Counted from the first letter of the stretch, positions 21,432 to 31,295 are shown. The stretch: DNA of 64,000 nt from Candidatus Latescibacterota bacterium (GCA_963667175.2 CAXXXF010000003.1:384001-448000); one strand, 5' to 3'. Notes: generated by a model from the sequence alone, not told the origin. Made by a program: numbers and translations.

Positions 21432-21563
21432 GAGACGGAAGACGGTAGACGGGAGAAGGCGTCTTTGCCCGATTGAGCCTTCCTTTACGCCTCCGGCAAG
21501 AAATGAAACCGCACGGGGCGGGCAATCTCTCCCCTTTCCCGTCTTGGGTCTACCCGTTCTTCA
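21432..21563. repeat. dispersed repeat family H, copy 2 (core inverted relative to copy 1)
   Basis: Core matches the reverse complement of 12490-12567; same GTCTACCCGTTCTTCA right end. Confidence 0.85.
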
Positions 21564-21674
21564 AGCGCTCACGTCGTCTCCCGTCTCCCCGCCTATCGAA
21601 AAGGGCAAGGGAATTGGGGAATTCACGGGGTGGGGGAGATTCCGAAACGGAATATGAATTCGCAGCGAACTGAT

Positions 21675-22754
21675 ATGCGGGACGGTCTTGACCCCAAACG
21701 CCTCGAGCGGGCAGGAGAGGTGCTGAAGCGCCACGTCCGGGAGAAAACCACGCCCGGCGCGGTGGGCCTGATGGTGCGGGGCGGAGGCGGTGTCGCCTGC
21801 TGGACGGCTGGACGGCACACGTACGATCCGGATGCGCCGGAGGTCAGGGAGGATGATCTCTACGACCTTGCTTCGTTGACGAAGGTGGTTGTGACAACGT
21901 CGATCTGCATGGTGCTGGAACCGGACCTGGAACTGGATGGACCGGTGGTCGAATACGTACCGGCGTTCCGCGGGGATGGACGGGACGGGGTGACGATCGG
22001 ACACCTTCTGGCGCACTGTGCGGGTCTGCCGGCGCACCAGCGTTTTTTCGAGACCTTGCAGGGTAAGGAGGCCGTACTGGCGGCGGCATGCAGGACTCCA
22101 TTGGCCTGTCCGCCGGGAACGAAGACGATCTACAGCGACTTAAGCTTCCTGGTGCTGGGGGTGGCTACAGAGCGCGTGGGCGGCGCGCCGCTCGAAGAAC
22201 TGGCCCAGCGCCACGTGCTGGACCCAATGGGGATGGCGGAAACGATGTTTCTTCCCGGAAGCAGGTTGCTGGGGCGAATTCCGCCTACGGAATTTCAGGC
22301 GGAGCAGCGGAGAGGGCTGATTCACGGGCAGGTGCACGATGGAAATGCATGGGCAATGGGCGGTGTGGCGCCGCATGCGGGACTCTTCGGGACGGCTGCA
22401 GACCTGGGTCGGTTCTTGCGGATGATTCTGAGCGGCGGGGTATACGAGGGAAAGCAGGTCTTCTCCGAAGCGACCATCCGCCGCTTTACCTCGTTGGCTG
22501 ATCTCGCGCCTGGCAGTTCCCGCGCACTGGGATGGGACACGGTGTCGAAGTCGGGGAGTTCCTCGGGCACGCACTTTTCGGCGCGTTCGTTCGGACATAC
22601 GGGATTCACCGGTACTTCCGTCTGGGTGGACCCGGAACGTGACGTCGGCGTGGTACTTCTGACGAACCGGGTGCATCCCAGCCGCGAGAATGAGGGAATT
22701 CGGAGGCTGCGACCCGAGTTTCACGACGCCGTGATGGACGCAGTGATTGTATGA
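21675..22754 (+). CDS. serine hydrolase, beta-lactamase/AmpC-like family
   Basis: SLTK (SxxK), YSD, VHDGNA, HAGLF, GHTGFTG. Confidence 0.92.
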   Translation: MRDGLDPKRLERAGEVLKRHVREKTTPGAVGLMVRGGGGVACWTAGRHTYDPDAPEVREDDLYDLASLTKVVVTTSICMVLEPDLELDGPVVEYVPAFRGDGRDGVTIGHLLAHCAGLPAHQRFFETLQGKEAVLAAACRTPLACPPGTKTIYSDLSFLVLGVATERVGGAPLEELAQRHVLDPMGMAETMFLPGSRLLGRIPPTEFQAEQRRGLIHGQVHDGNAWAMGGVAPHAGLFGTAADLGRFLRMILSGGVYEGKQVFSEATIRRFTSLADLAPGSSRALGWDTVSKSGSSSGTHFSARSFGHTGFTGTSVWVDPERDVGVVLLTNRVHPSRENEGIRRLRPEFHDAVMDAVIV

Positions 22755-22848
22755 CGTCGCTGATCGGGTGAGGAGTTTTCGAATCGAAATCGGCCACGGT
22801 TGTGTTTGTGAAACAGATTGCCGATTGGATGCGTATTTCGGGGAGAGG

Positions 22849-24405
22849 TTACTTCTGCAACACCCGTTTGAGGGTTTCCAGGTCCAGTTCGGGGTACGCG
22901 GGAAAACGTCCGAGCAGATCCGCCACCTCCGCGCGGGCAGCCTCGAGCGCCCCCGGCCGGGTCCGGGAGCGCGCCTTGCTGGGCTTCCCGGCATGCCTGC
23001 CCTTGTTGATTCGGGACGGCCGTGTGCTGGAAAGCACGAGGCGCAACGTGGCAGCGATTCTACGCATTTCTTCCCTGCCCATGCCCAGCGTCGTAAGCGC
23101 GGGTGTGCCGATCCGAAGGCCGCTCGTGTACCAGGCGCCGTTCGTATCGAAGGGCAGGGCGTTTCGGTTGAGGGTGATCCCGGCGTTTCGAAGGACGGTT
23201 TCCGCCTGCCGTCCGGTGAGACCCAGCGGCGTCACGTCGATGAGCGCCATATGGTTGTCGGTGCCGCCCGTGAGTACGTCCAGCCCCTCTTCGCCGCAGG
23301 CATTGGCCAGGTCCCCGGCATTTTCCACAATTCGGCGCGCGTAGGTTCTGAAAGCGTCAGCGCCGGCCTCTTCGAAGGCGACGGCCTTGGCGGCGATTGC
23401 GTGGGGAAGGGGACCGCCCAGCACCATCGGGCACCCCCGGTCCACGTGTTCGGCGAATTCCGCCGTGCAGAGAACCATGCCGCCTCGCGGCCCCCTGAGG
23501 GTCTTGTGGGTCGTGGTGGTCACCACATCGGCATGGGCCACGGGATCGTAGTCTCCGGTGAACACTCTGCCGGCCACCAGCCCCGCGAAGTGCGCCATGT
23601 CCACCATGAAGACCGCGCCGACTTCATTCGCGATTTCTCTGAAGATGCGAAAGTTGATCTTCCGGGTGTAGGCGCTGTACCCGGCCAGGAGAATCAGGGG
23701 TCTGAACGCTTTCGCCTGGTTGCGGATCCGGTCATAATCGATACGTCTGGTCTCGGGGTCGACGCTATAGGATCCGACGTGGAACATTTTGGCCGATACG
23801 TTGTGCCGGTACCCGTGGGTGAGGTGGCCGCCGGAGTAGTAGTCGAGGCCCAGTAATTTCTGATTGCCCAGCGCGGTTCTGAGTTCCAGCCAGTCGCCAT
23901 CGGAAAGGGCCCCGGGATCGGACTTTCCCGTTCGATCCATAAACGGCGCCTGGACGCGGGCGGTGAGGATCGCCCAGAACGCCACAAGGTTTGCGTCGGC
24001 GCCTGAGTGGGGCTGTACATACGCATGGTCCGCGCCGAAGAGGCCGCGCGCCAGGGTAGCGGCATGTTTTTCGATGGTATCGACGTTGTCGCATCCGGCA
24101 TAAAAACGGCGTTCGGGGACGCCTTCGGCATACTTGTCGGTGAAGAGATTGCCCTGCGCGAGCTGTACGGCCAGCGAGCAGTAGTTCTCGCTGGCGATCA
24201 TTTTCAGGTTGCCGCGCTGCTGCTCCAGTTCGGCAACGATGGATTCGGCAATCTGCGGCGATACCGAGTGAATCTGTTCAAGTGACGCGAGGTAGGCGAC
24301 GAATCCGGGATCTGCGGTATTGCCGAGGGCGGCGGATTCCGAGAGATACCTGGCAAGCGGCGACGCCAGGTTTTTCACGTCTGCAGGTGGTATTGCCTGA
24401 ACCAT
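22849..24405 (-). CDS. glyA: serine hydroxymethyltransferase, long form
   Basis: [45 protein letters not shown]. Confidence 0.96.
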   Translation of the reverse strand: MVQAIPPADVKNLASPLARYLSESAALGNTADPGFVAYLASLEQIHSVSPQIAESIVAELEQQRGNLKMIASENYCSLAVQLAQGNLFTDKYAEGVPERRFYAGCDNVDTIEKHAATLARGLFGADHAYVQPHSGADANLVAFWAILTARVQAPFMDRTGKSDPGALSDGDWLELRTALGNQKLLGLDYYSGGHLTHGYRHNVSAKMFHVGSYSVDPETRRIDYDRIRNQAKAFRPLILLAGYSAYTRKINFRIFREIANEVGAVFMVDMAHFAGLVAGRVFTGDYDPVAHADVVTTTTHKTLRGPRGGMVLCTAEFAEHVDRGCPMVLGGPLPHAIAAKAVAFEEAGADAFRTYARRIVENAGDLANACGEEGLDVLTGGTDNHMALIDVTPLGLTGRQAETVLRNAGITLNRNALPFDTNGAWYTSGLRIGTPALTTLGMGREEMRRIAATLRLVLSSTRPSRINKGRHAGKPSKARSRTRPGALEAARAEVADLLGRFPAYPELDLETLKRVLQK

Positions 24406-24615
24406 TCTGTTTCTCCCACACACAGTGGATGGAGGGGCGCATCCGGCGTCGGCCGGACACAATAAAACCCGGGCGGGATAGCGGTACGTAAAGCCCGGGG
24501 ATTGACTCGTTTTGGGATCTCTCGATTTCCAGGCGGCGGTTTGAGTGTCAATTCGCCCCAATTGGGCAACGTGCCGCACGGACACCAATATATCGGACTT
24601 CCGCAACCCGGTCAA
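24406..24615 (-). promoter_or_regulatory. glyA promoter and structured leader with terminator-like hairpin
   Basis: TTGACC-17-TATATT (24615-24587); CCCGGGC/GCCCGGG stem then TTTTATT (24499-24461). Confidence 0.6.
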
Positions 24616-24742
24616 CGTTTTTTTGGGATTCAGACGCGGTAGGCGCCGCCGGACCGACAACGCGCCGCAGGCGAATTCCGGCGCCGGAAGCGATCACGAA
24701 ATCACATGCGTCATCCGCGGAATCCGTTCCCCAATTTTCCGC

Positions 24743-24868
24743 TTGCCAATATCGTGTGGCGGGACTATATTTTTTCGGATGGCGTTCTCCTCGAAACGGA
24801 ATCGAATGTTCCGATTTTCCGGCTCTCCGGTTGCCTTATTTCCGCTCCCCTGAAGGGGAGCTTTTTTT
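24743..24868 (+). promoter_or_regulatory. pyrB promoter and attenuator (24-codon uORF at 24779-24853 plus terminator)
   Basis: TTGCCA-17-TATATT; uORF MAFSSKRNRMFRFSGSPVALFPLP stops in the loop of GCTCCCC-TGAA-GGGGAGC-T7. Confidence 0.75.
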
Positions 24869-24910
24869 GTGAAAGCAGTTTTAAAGCAGCGCCTGAAGGA
24901 GGATTACTCG

Positions 24911-25837
24911 ATGGACAGCCTGTTCCACGTGGTCGAGGCGCAGCAGTTCAACAGGGAATTGCTGACCGAGATTTTCGCGGTAACCAAGGAGATGGAGGAG
25001 GTCGTTAGCGTCTACGGCTCCAGTATACTCAACCGCCGGATCATGGCCACGCTGTTTTACGAACCCAGTACCCGCACGCGGTTGTCTTTCGAGTCGGCCA
25101 TGGTCCGTCTGGGGGGGAGCGTGGTCACAACGGAGTCGGCGAGGGAGTTTTCCTCGGCAGCGAAAGGCGAGACCCTCGAAGACACGATCCGCATCGTCGA
25201 GGGATACGCGGACGTGATCGTGCTTCGACACTACGAAGGAGGATCCGCACGGCGGGCGGCGGAAGTGGCGTCGGTGCCGGTCTTGAACGCCGGCGACGGC
25301 CCCGGCCAGCATCCGACGCAGGCGCTGCTGGACGTCTATACGATACAGAAGGAAATCGGTCGGCTCGACGGGATTTCAGTGGCGATGGTGGGCGACCTCG
25401 CCAACGGACGAACGGTGCGTTCGCTGGCTTATCTGCTCACCCGGTACAAAGACGTTAAACTGTATTTCGTGGCGCCCGAATTGGTGCGCATGAAGGCCGA
25501 CATCAAGGAATACCTGAGCCGGAACGGGGTGTACTTCGAGGAACGGGACGATCTGATCGAGGTCGTGCGAGAGGTCGACGTGGTCTATCAGACCCGGATC
25601 CAGAGGGAACGGTTCGGCGACCGGACGCGGGACTACGAATCGGCGCGCGGGCGATATATCATCGATACAAAGGTGATGGAGGCCCTGTCCGATAACGCCC
25701 GCGTGATGCACCCCTTGCCACGCGTTGACGAGATCGATCCCGCAGTGGACGTGGACCCCCGGGCGGCGTATTTCCGCCAGGCGCACAACGGGCTCTACAT
25801 CCGGATGGCGTTGTTGAAGATGGTCCTGGCCGCGTGA
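24911..25837 (+). CDS. pyrB: aspartate carbamoyltransferase, plant-like
   Basis: FYEPSTRTRLSFE, NAGDG..QHPTQALLD, HPLPR, YFRQA; alternative GTG start at 24869. Confidence 0.96.
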   Translation: MDSLFHVVEAQQFNRELLTEIFAVTKEMEEVVSVYGSSILNRRIMATLFYEPSTRTRLSFESAMVRLGGSVVTTESAREFSSAAKGETLEDTIRIVEGYADVIVLRHYEGGSARRAAEVASVPVLNAGDGPGQHPTQALLDVYTIQKEIGRLDGISVAMVGDLANGRTVRSLAYLLTRYKDVKLYFVAPELVRMKADIKEYLSRNGVYFEERDDLIEVVREVDVVYQTRIQRERFGDRTRDYESARGRYIIDTKVMEALSDNARVMHPLPRVDEIDPAVDVDPRAAYFRQAHNGLYIRMALLKMVLAA

Positions 25838-25905
25838 TGGCGGGCGCAGACGCTTCTTAATGCGCGTGCGAAAATACCATCACGCGAACAAAGGAGTGCC
25901 GCCAA

Positions 25906-26643
25906 TCAGGGCCGGGTCGCGGTGAACGCGGTGAGCGGGTTCTGGGTCATGAAGTCATCCCAGAAAGTCGCCTCGGGCTTGTCCGGATCCAGCACGGCGT
26001 CGACCCAGTTGAAATCATGGAATCCGCTGTCGCGCATCGCACGTTCGTAGGTCGCTGGCGTAAGGTAGTAATTGTCGAACGCGAACACGCCTCCATCGGG
26101 GTTGGTGATCCGGTAATGGATGGCGTCTCCCTCGCGCAGGGGCTGCCGGCAGGTCCGTTCCAGGCCATATTTCGCCAGCGACCGCCCCGGCTGAGGGGGG
26201 TTGCGGACGTTGTCGTTGAACCCAACCAGCCGCCCGCCGGGACCCAGGGCGCGGAAACAGGCGCGGCAAAAGGACACCAGTTCGTCGGCTGTCCGAGCGT
26301 AGTTGAACAGATAGATGGTCGTTACGACGTCCACCGGCCCGTCAGGCACGACCCGAGCGGCGTCTTCACACACGTACACGCAGCCGATCGGGTCCGCCAG
26401 CTCCTGCGCCTCGGCCAGCGCGATCATCTCGCTCGAGACGTCGACGCCCGTCACCGAGGACGCGCCCGCTCGCATGAACTGGCGGGCGTAGAATCCGTCG
26501 CCGCACGCCAGGTCCAGCACCGCTTTCCCGCGCAGGTCGCCCAGCAACCGGAAGACCGTATAACGCTCAATGGCATATCGAAACGGGAGAAGCTTCGAGT
26601 CGCGGTATTGTTCGGCAATGTCGTCATAGGTCTGCGACGTCAC
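25906..26643 (-). CDS. class I SAM-dependent methyltransferase
   Basis: VLDLACGDG, GVDVS; GTG start at 26643 (the upstream ORF extension is repeat-derived). Confidence 0.9.
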   Translation of the reverse strand: MTSQTYDDIAEQYRDSKLLPFRYAIERYTVFRLLGDLRGKAVLDLACGDGFYARQFMRAGASSVTGVDVSSEMIALAEAQELADPIGCVYVCEDAARVVPDGPVDVVTTIYLFNYARTADELVSFCRACFRALGPGGRLVGFNDNVRNPPQPGRSLAKYGLERTCRQPLREGDAIHYRITNPDGGVFAFDNYYLTPATYERAMRDSGFHDFNWVDAVLDPDKPEATFWDDFMTQNPLTAFTATRP

Positions 26644-26655
26644 GGAAATCCCTAT

Positions 26656-26809
26656 CAGTCCGTTGAAAAAGTCGCTCCGCAGGCGAGGCCGAGTCATTAT
26701 GGCCGAAGACAAGGCGCGCCTGTCTGCGTGCGGACACGCACAGGCAGGCAACGCCGTAGTTCGGTCATAAAGGCCGGACGCAGCCCGGATGGACTTTTTC
26801 AACGGGCTG
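26656..26809. mobile_element. MITE-like element family E, copy 1
   Basis: Terminal inverted repeats CAGTCCGTTGAAAAAGTC...GACTTTTTCAACGGGCTG; second copy at 51300. Confidence 0.8.
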
Positions 26810-26822
26810 CTATGGGAAAACG

Positions 26823-28595
26823 CTATTGAAAGGGTGCCATTTCGGGCATTGTCAACACACCGTTCGAGGGGACGAGACCGAGGCGACGAGCCAGAGAAAC
26901 GATCGGTTCTACCTTACGCATCGTTTGTGCTAATGCGGTAGCAACGGCGGAATCACTGCTGCGGATGACGCCGTGGTCCATGAGGTATTCCCACGGGGAC
27001 TTCGGCCGGGGAAAGACCCTGAGCCTGAGTTCGGTATCGGGTTCCAGCTGCGCCGCTTCACGAACGACCTGCAACGCCTTTCGATAACCACCCAGTTCGT
27101 CCACCAGCCCCAGGGTCCTGGCGTCCTCTCCTGTCCAGATTCGTCCTCTGGCGATGTCGAGCACCCGCTCCTTCGGCAGCGATCGACCCTCCGCGACCTT
27201 GTCGGTGAAATCCTCGTAAACGGTGTCCAGCCACGCCTGAAACAGTGCCCATTCTTCGTCCGAGAAGTCCTTCGTGCCGGTCCACATGGCCGAATGGGAG
27301 CTGGTGTGGACTTCATCCCACGAGATGCCGGTTTTCTCCCACATGCCTGAGGTCAGCATCTTGCCGCCCACGACGCCGATGGAGCCGGTGATCGTTCCCG
27401 GCTGAGCCACGATCCGGTCCGCGGCCATGGCAACGAAGTATCCGCCGGAGCCCGCCACGTCGCCCATGGATACCACGACCGGTTTGCCCGCGTCACGGGC
27501 CCGCACGGTCTCGCGCCAAATCGCGTCGGAGGCGACGTAAGAGCCGCCGGGACTGTCGACGCGAAACAGGATCGCTTCGACCTCCTCGTCGCGAACTGCG
27601 TTTCGAAAGGCCCGGGCGACCGTATCCGATCCCATCGTGGTGGCGCCCGATGCGGGGTCGAAATCGCTCTTGCCACGCGTCACGCCCCCGACGCCGTAGA
27701 TTAATGCGACGGTCTCCGTCCGGTCGTCCGGCTGTTCCATACGCTCAATATACTTGTGCAGCGTCAGGTATTTCGCGCCCTCGTCCACCTGTTCTTTCAC
27801 GCGCTCGTAGACCTCGTCCCGGTACGCCAATCCGTCTACCAGCCCGGCCTCGAGCGCGTCCCTGGAGAAGAACGGACCCTGATCGAACAGGTTGCGTACC
27901 GTCTCGTAGGGCAGGCCGCGCTTGTCCGAGATTCCCCGCACCAGCTGGTCGAACTGCGAGTCCATGACGGTTTTTGTCGCCTCTTTGTGTTCGGGGGTGT
28001 ATTCGCGTTCCGTGTAGAGATTCTTCGCGTTCTTGTACTCTGCCCGGTGGTCCATGCGAGGGACAACGCCAAGTTTTTCCAGCATTCCACGAATGAACGG
28101 GGTCTCTGCGATAAGGCCGGTAAGCCCGACGACGCCCGAGGGTTGGAGATAAATCTCGTCGAAAGCCGTTGCCAGATAATAGGCGCCGTTGCCCGGGCCG
28201 AACTCGCCGAAAGTCTCCGCGTAGGCAACCGCGGGCTTGCCGCTCTCGCCGAAGGCGCGCACCGCGTCTCTTATCTCCTGCAGCCGCGCGAGACCCATAC
28301 CGCTGTTTCCCACTCTTGCCAGAAGCGCCACGACGCGCTCGTCTGACGCGGCGTATTGGAGGCCATCGACCAGATCCCTGACGGTCATTGCATCCGGAAA
28401 CAATATTTCGGCGATCGGATTGCCCGGAATGTACTCCGGGAGATTCCGTTCAAGGTTCACTTCCAGGACCGTGAGTCCGGGTACCGGTTCTTCTTCCTTG
28501 TAGAACAGCGCGATGGCGACTGCCGCGAGTACGATGACGAGCAGTGTGGCCACGCCGCCGATAATGGCGAAGACCTTGATTGCGATCCGCTTCAT
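26823..28595 (-). CDS. sppA: signal peptide peptidase A (protease IV, long form)
   Basis: N-terminal TM helix, YYLATAFD, RVDSPGGS, SMGDVAGSGGY, TITGSIGV. Confidence 0.95.
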   Translation of the reverse strand: MKRIAIKVFAIIGGVATLLVIVLAAVAIALFYKEEEPVPGLTVLEVNLERNLPEYIPGNPIAEILFPDAMTVRDLVDGLQYAASDERVVALLARVGNSGMGLARLQEIRDAVRAFGESGKPAVAYAETFGEFGPGNGAYYLATAFDEIYLQPSGVVGLTGLIAETPFIRGMLEKLGVVPRMDHRAEYKNAKNLYTEREYTPEHKEATKTVMDSQFDQLVRGISDKRGLPYETVRNLFDQGPFFSRDALEAGLVDGLAYRDEVYERVKEQVDEGAKYLTLHKYIERMEQPDDRTETVALIYGVGGVTRGKSDFDPASGATTMGSDTVARAFRNAVRDEEVEAILFRVDSPGGSYVASDAIWRETVRARDAGKPVVVSMGDVAGSGGYFVAMAADRIVAQPGTITGSIGVVGGKMLTSGMWEKTGISWDEVHTSSHSAMWTGTKDFSDEEWALFQAWLDTVYEDFTDKVAEGRSLPKERVLDIARGRIWTGEDARTLGLVDELGGYRKALQVVREAAQLEPDTELRLRVFPRPKSPWEYLMDHGVIRSSDSAVATALAQTMRKVEPIVSLARRLGLVPSNGVLTMPEMAPFQ

Positions 28596-28634
28596 GGCAG
28601 ACCTCCGTCGGAATAGATTCTTTGGCCTTCAGGT

Positions 28635-28895
28635 TCAGGCGCCCTGTCGTCGTTCGATTTCCCAGCCGGGAAAGACCAGGACGGCCGGATGGCACATTAA
28701 CGCTCGCGCCAGCACCTTGGAGCGCTCGACGCCAAGTCGTATGCGCCCATTCTCAATGGCCGATATTGTGGGCTGGGGAATTCCGGTGCGTCGGGCGAGT
28801 TCATTCTGGCTGAGTTTCTGAAGTTCGCGGACCGTGCGGACAGATTCTCCGACGGACACAGCCACGCGCTTCGGCGCATTTCGATGTTTTCCCAT
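28635..28895 (-). CDS. XRE HTH antitoxin (HigA-like)
   Basis: RELQKLSQNELARRTGIPQPTISAIENG, downstream of a RelE-like gene. Confidence 0.88.
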   Translation of the reverse strand: MGKHRNAPKRVAVSVGESVRTVRELQKLSQNELARRTGIPQPTISAIENGRIRLGVERSKVLARALMCHPAVLVFPGWEIERRQGA

Positions 28896-28912
28896 TTTAC
28901 TCCCTCCGGCGA

Positions 28913-29173
28913 TCACCTGACAAGTATTGCCCTCACGCGGATCTCCCGCTTCCTGACTCTATAGACGACGCGACACCCGGCGCTGAACCGTGACTGACGC
29001 CGACCCTTTTTCTTTCCCGGCAGGGACTCGTCAACGAAACCTTCGATGTGCCTGACGCCTTCCGGACCGGAAAGGGATACGATATCCTTCCATGTCTCGT
29101 ATCGAATGAGGGCTCTCCGCGGGAGGGTGTCGATCTGCCTGCCAACCCTGCGATGTTCGACGATGATCCACAT
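28913..29173 (-). CDS. RelE/HigB-like toxin, probably degenerate
   Basis: YETWKDIV..SGP.G...I.GF.DE.L.G...G.R.SR.....RVVY pattern; toxin-first order. Confidence 0.65.
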   Translation of the reverse strand: MWIIVEHRRVGRQIDTLPRRALIRYETWKDIVSLSGPEGVRHIEGFVDESLPGKKKGRRQSRFSAGCRVVYRVRKREIRVRAILVR

Positions 29174-29406
29174 ATTAAATAATATATAGTCTAAAAATAA
29201 TATGACAATGAAATTCGAACAGGTGCACTGTCGCGGAAAGTAATCGCCGGAACTCGGCAGACTAAACGCAGCAATGACAAAAGACAGCTCACTCAGAGAC
29301 ACGAAGACACAGAGGGTAAGACAGCGACCAACACGACCTTTTCAGTCCTTTTCGGAAGCTTTCTCCACAGTGCCGGCTTGATGGGTTTTTCGATTGAAGG
29401 CAAATT

Positions 29407-29535
29407 GCCGCAAGAGGCACAAAACCGGCTGTCCTGTAACAGGGCGTATCGCCGAGAGACAAGGAAATATCCGCAGGGCCACATTGCTACGGCACACACC
29501 GTTTCGCAGCCATGCCCTTTTGTGCTTTTTGTGGC
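29407..29535. repeat. palindromic REP-like element
   Basis: GCCGCAAGAGGCACAAAA ... TTTTGTGCTTTTTGTGGC inverted arms. Confidence 0.55.
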
Positions 29536-29702
29536 CTGTTTGACGGTTGTCTATTTTCGAATTGAGGTTAGATTCCTGCCATTGGAGATCATCCCCCTGG
29601 CGGCTTCTTCTTTGTCCCTTTTCGGTTGACAAGAGCCGATGGTACCGTGCATGTTTATTGTTGTTAAGTCAGAACAGTACGGCATTCGACGCTGAGGTCA
29701 AT

Positions 29703-30674
29703 ATGGGCGACGTTCTCAAGGTGGAGAATCTGGAGGCCAAGCCGGGACAGCGGAAGGACGGCTTTCTAACGGTGGGAGAAATGCAGGATAACTCGCCCGT
29801 GCGCCTTCCGGTTGTATTGCTAAACGGCGCGGAGCCGGGTCGCACGCTGTACCTGCAGGCGACCAGCGACGGCGACGAACTGAACGGTATCGCGGTGATC
29901 AGGCGGGTTCTGAAGCGGCTGGATCCGGCCGCCCTCAAGGGCAGGGTGATTGCAACCCTGATCGTGAACTTTCATGCTTTTCACGCCGGCGAGTCCCTGA
30001 ATCCCGTGGACGGAAAGAAGATGAACCGGTGTTTTCCGGGCCGCAAGGAGGGCACGTCGAGCGAGCGGGTGGCGTATCGACTGTTCCATTGCGCGGTGAA
30101 ACAGTCGGACCTCTGTATCGATCTCCATCAGGGCGGCGTCCGGCCCATGATTGACGAGGTCCGGGTGCGGGTGGACCGGCGAAAACGCATCCACAGGGCT
30201 TGTTTGGAAATGGCAAGGGTATTTGACATCGGCTACATTCTGGACTGCCGGGGTCCCGACGGGCAGTTGGCGCGCGCCGCGCCCGACGAAGGGATTCCCA
30301 CCATCGATCCGGAACTGGGAGGATGCCACGGATGGGATGAAGGCAGCATCCGGAAGGGCGTGGCGGGCGTGGAGAATATCCTGAAGCACTACGGGTTCAT
30401 GGAGGGCCAGGCGCAGACGCCCCGTCGACAGACCGTGGTGGACGGCTTCCTGTCGCTCCTCGCCGCCCGGGGAGGATTCCTGGAGTATCGGGCCGCGCTG
30501 TACGACCATCTGCAGAAGGGAGACCCGGTAGCCGACGTAACGGATCCGTTCGGCAAAGTACTCGAGACGATTTACGCCCCCCAGGAGTCCGTTTTCTGGG
30601 CGCGGTCATTGCGGCCGATGGCAGCTACCGGAGAACCGGTGGCTATGCTTGGAAAGAATGTGCGATACGTGTAA
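29703..30674 (+). CDS. succinylglutamate desuccinylase/aspartoacylase family (M14) protein
   Basis: DGDELNG, MNRCFPG, IDLHQG, ELGG, C-terminal barrel-sandwich domain. Confidence 0.88.
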   Translation: MGDVLKVENLEAKPGQRKDGFLTVGEMQDNSPVRLPVVLLNGAEPGRTLYLQATSDGDELNGIAVIRRVLKRLDPAALKGRVIATLIVNFHAFHAGESLNPVDGKKMNRCFPGRKEGTSSERVAYRLFHCAVKQSDLCIDLHQGGVRPMIDEVRVRVDRRKRIHRACLEMARVFDIGYILDCRGPDGQLARAAPDEGIPTIDPELGGCHGWDEGSIRKGVAGVENILKHYGFMEGQAQTPRRQTVVDGFLSLLAARGGFLEYRAALYDHLQKGDPVADVTDPFGKVLETIYAPQESVFWARSLRPMAATGEPVAMLGKNVRYV

Positions 30675-30690
30675 ACTGCCGCCGCGGGAG

Positions 30691-30954
30691 TCAGTCCTGC
30701 GCGGGTCTGACTTCGTCGATGCGTTCGCGCACAAGGGGCCGGATGTAAACGTCGTCCAGGGAAAGCCGGGCGAATTCCCGGGCGAAGATTTCAACGTGGG
30801 TCCTGACGTCCGGACCGCGGTTCAGAATGAAGCGGCGTTTCCCGCGTACCACGCACAGGCCGCCTTTGCCACCCTGGAGATTCCCATAGGTGACGGGGAT
30901 GTCCAGACGTTCGGCGAGGGCTTCGAATTCCTGCAGTAACTGAGTATCGGTCAT
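30691..30954 (-). CDS. small hypothetical protein, ImmA/IrrE N-domain-like but lacking HExxH
   Basis: LAERLDIPV..GGLC.V.G....ILN; IFAREF where a metallopeptidase would have HE. Confidence 0.65.
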   Translation of the reverse strand: MTDTQLLQEFEALAERLDIPVTYGNLQGGKGGLCVVRGKRRFILNRGPDVRTHVEIFAREFARLSLDDVYIRPLVRERIDEVRPAQD

Positions 30955-31085
30955 ATCGCGGGTTGTGGTTGCAAGGCTTGCGACAGCCGGGCGGGGCAGG
31001 CGATCGGGAATGCAGCGTTATCCACTGCAATATAACCCACCCGGCAACACCCTCCAATGGCGAAGCGTAAGCGCGTGAAAGCCAC

Positions 31086-31208
31086 CCCGGACGGCAGCGC
31101 GGTTACGTCTTGCATTTTTCCGACGCCAAACAATCCAAGACGCGTGTGGCGCGCATCCAGAGGTGCTGGCATAGAATCCTCGACGGGAAGGGATTCCACG
31201 GCAGGTAT
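31086..31208 (+). pseudogene. C-terminal fragment of a YdeI/OmpD-associated family gene
   Basis: [36 protein letters not shown] with no start or N-terminal domain. Confidence 0.75.
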
Positions 31209-31295
31209 GCCGGACCTAATCGGAATATATCCGGGTTGATTCCTCGACAAAACTTGACAACTCCTCCCGGTTCTTCTACGTTATCGGAGGACATG

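Noticed and set aside
24462-24500. GGCGGGATA...AAAGCCCGGG resembling the 3' end of a ykkC riboswitch on the plus strand
   Set aside because: It has a 9-nt insertion, lacks the 5' motif and lies upstream of the pyrB promoter; better explained as the glyA leader hairpin
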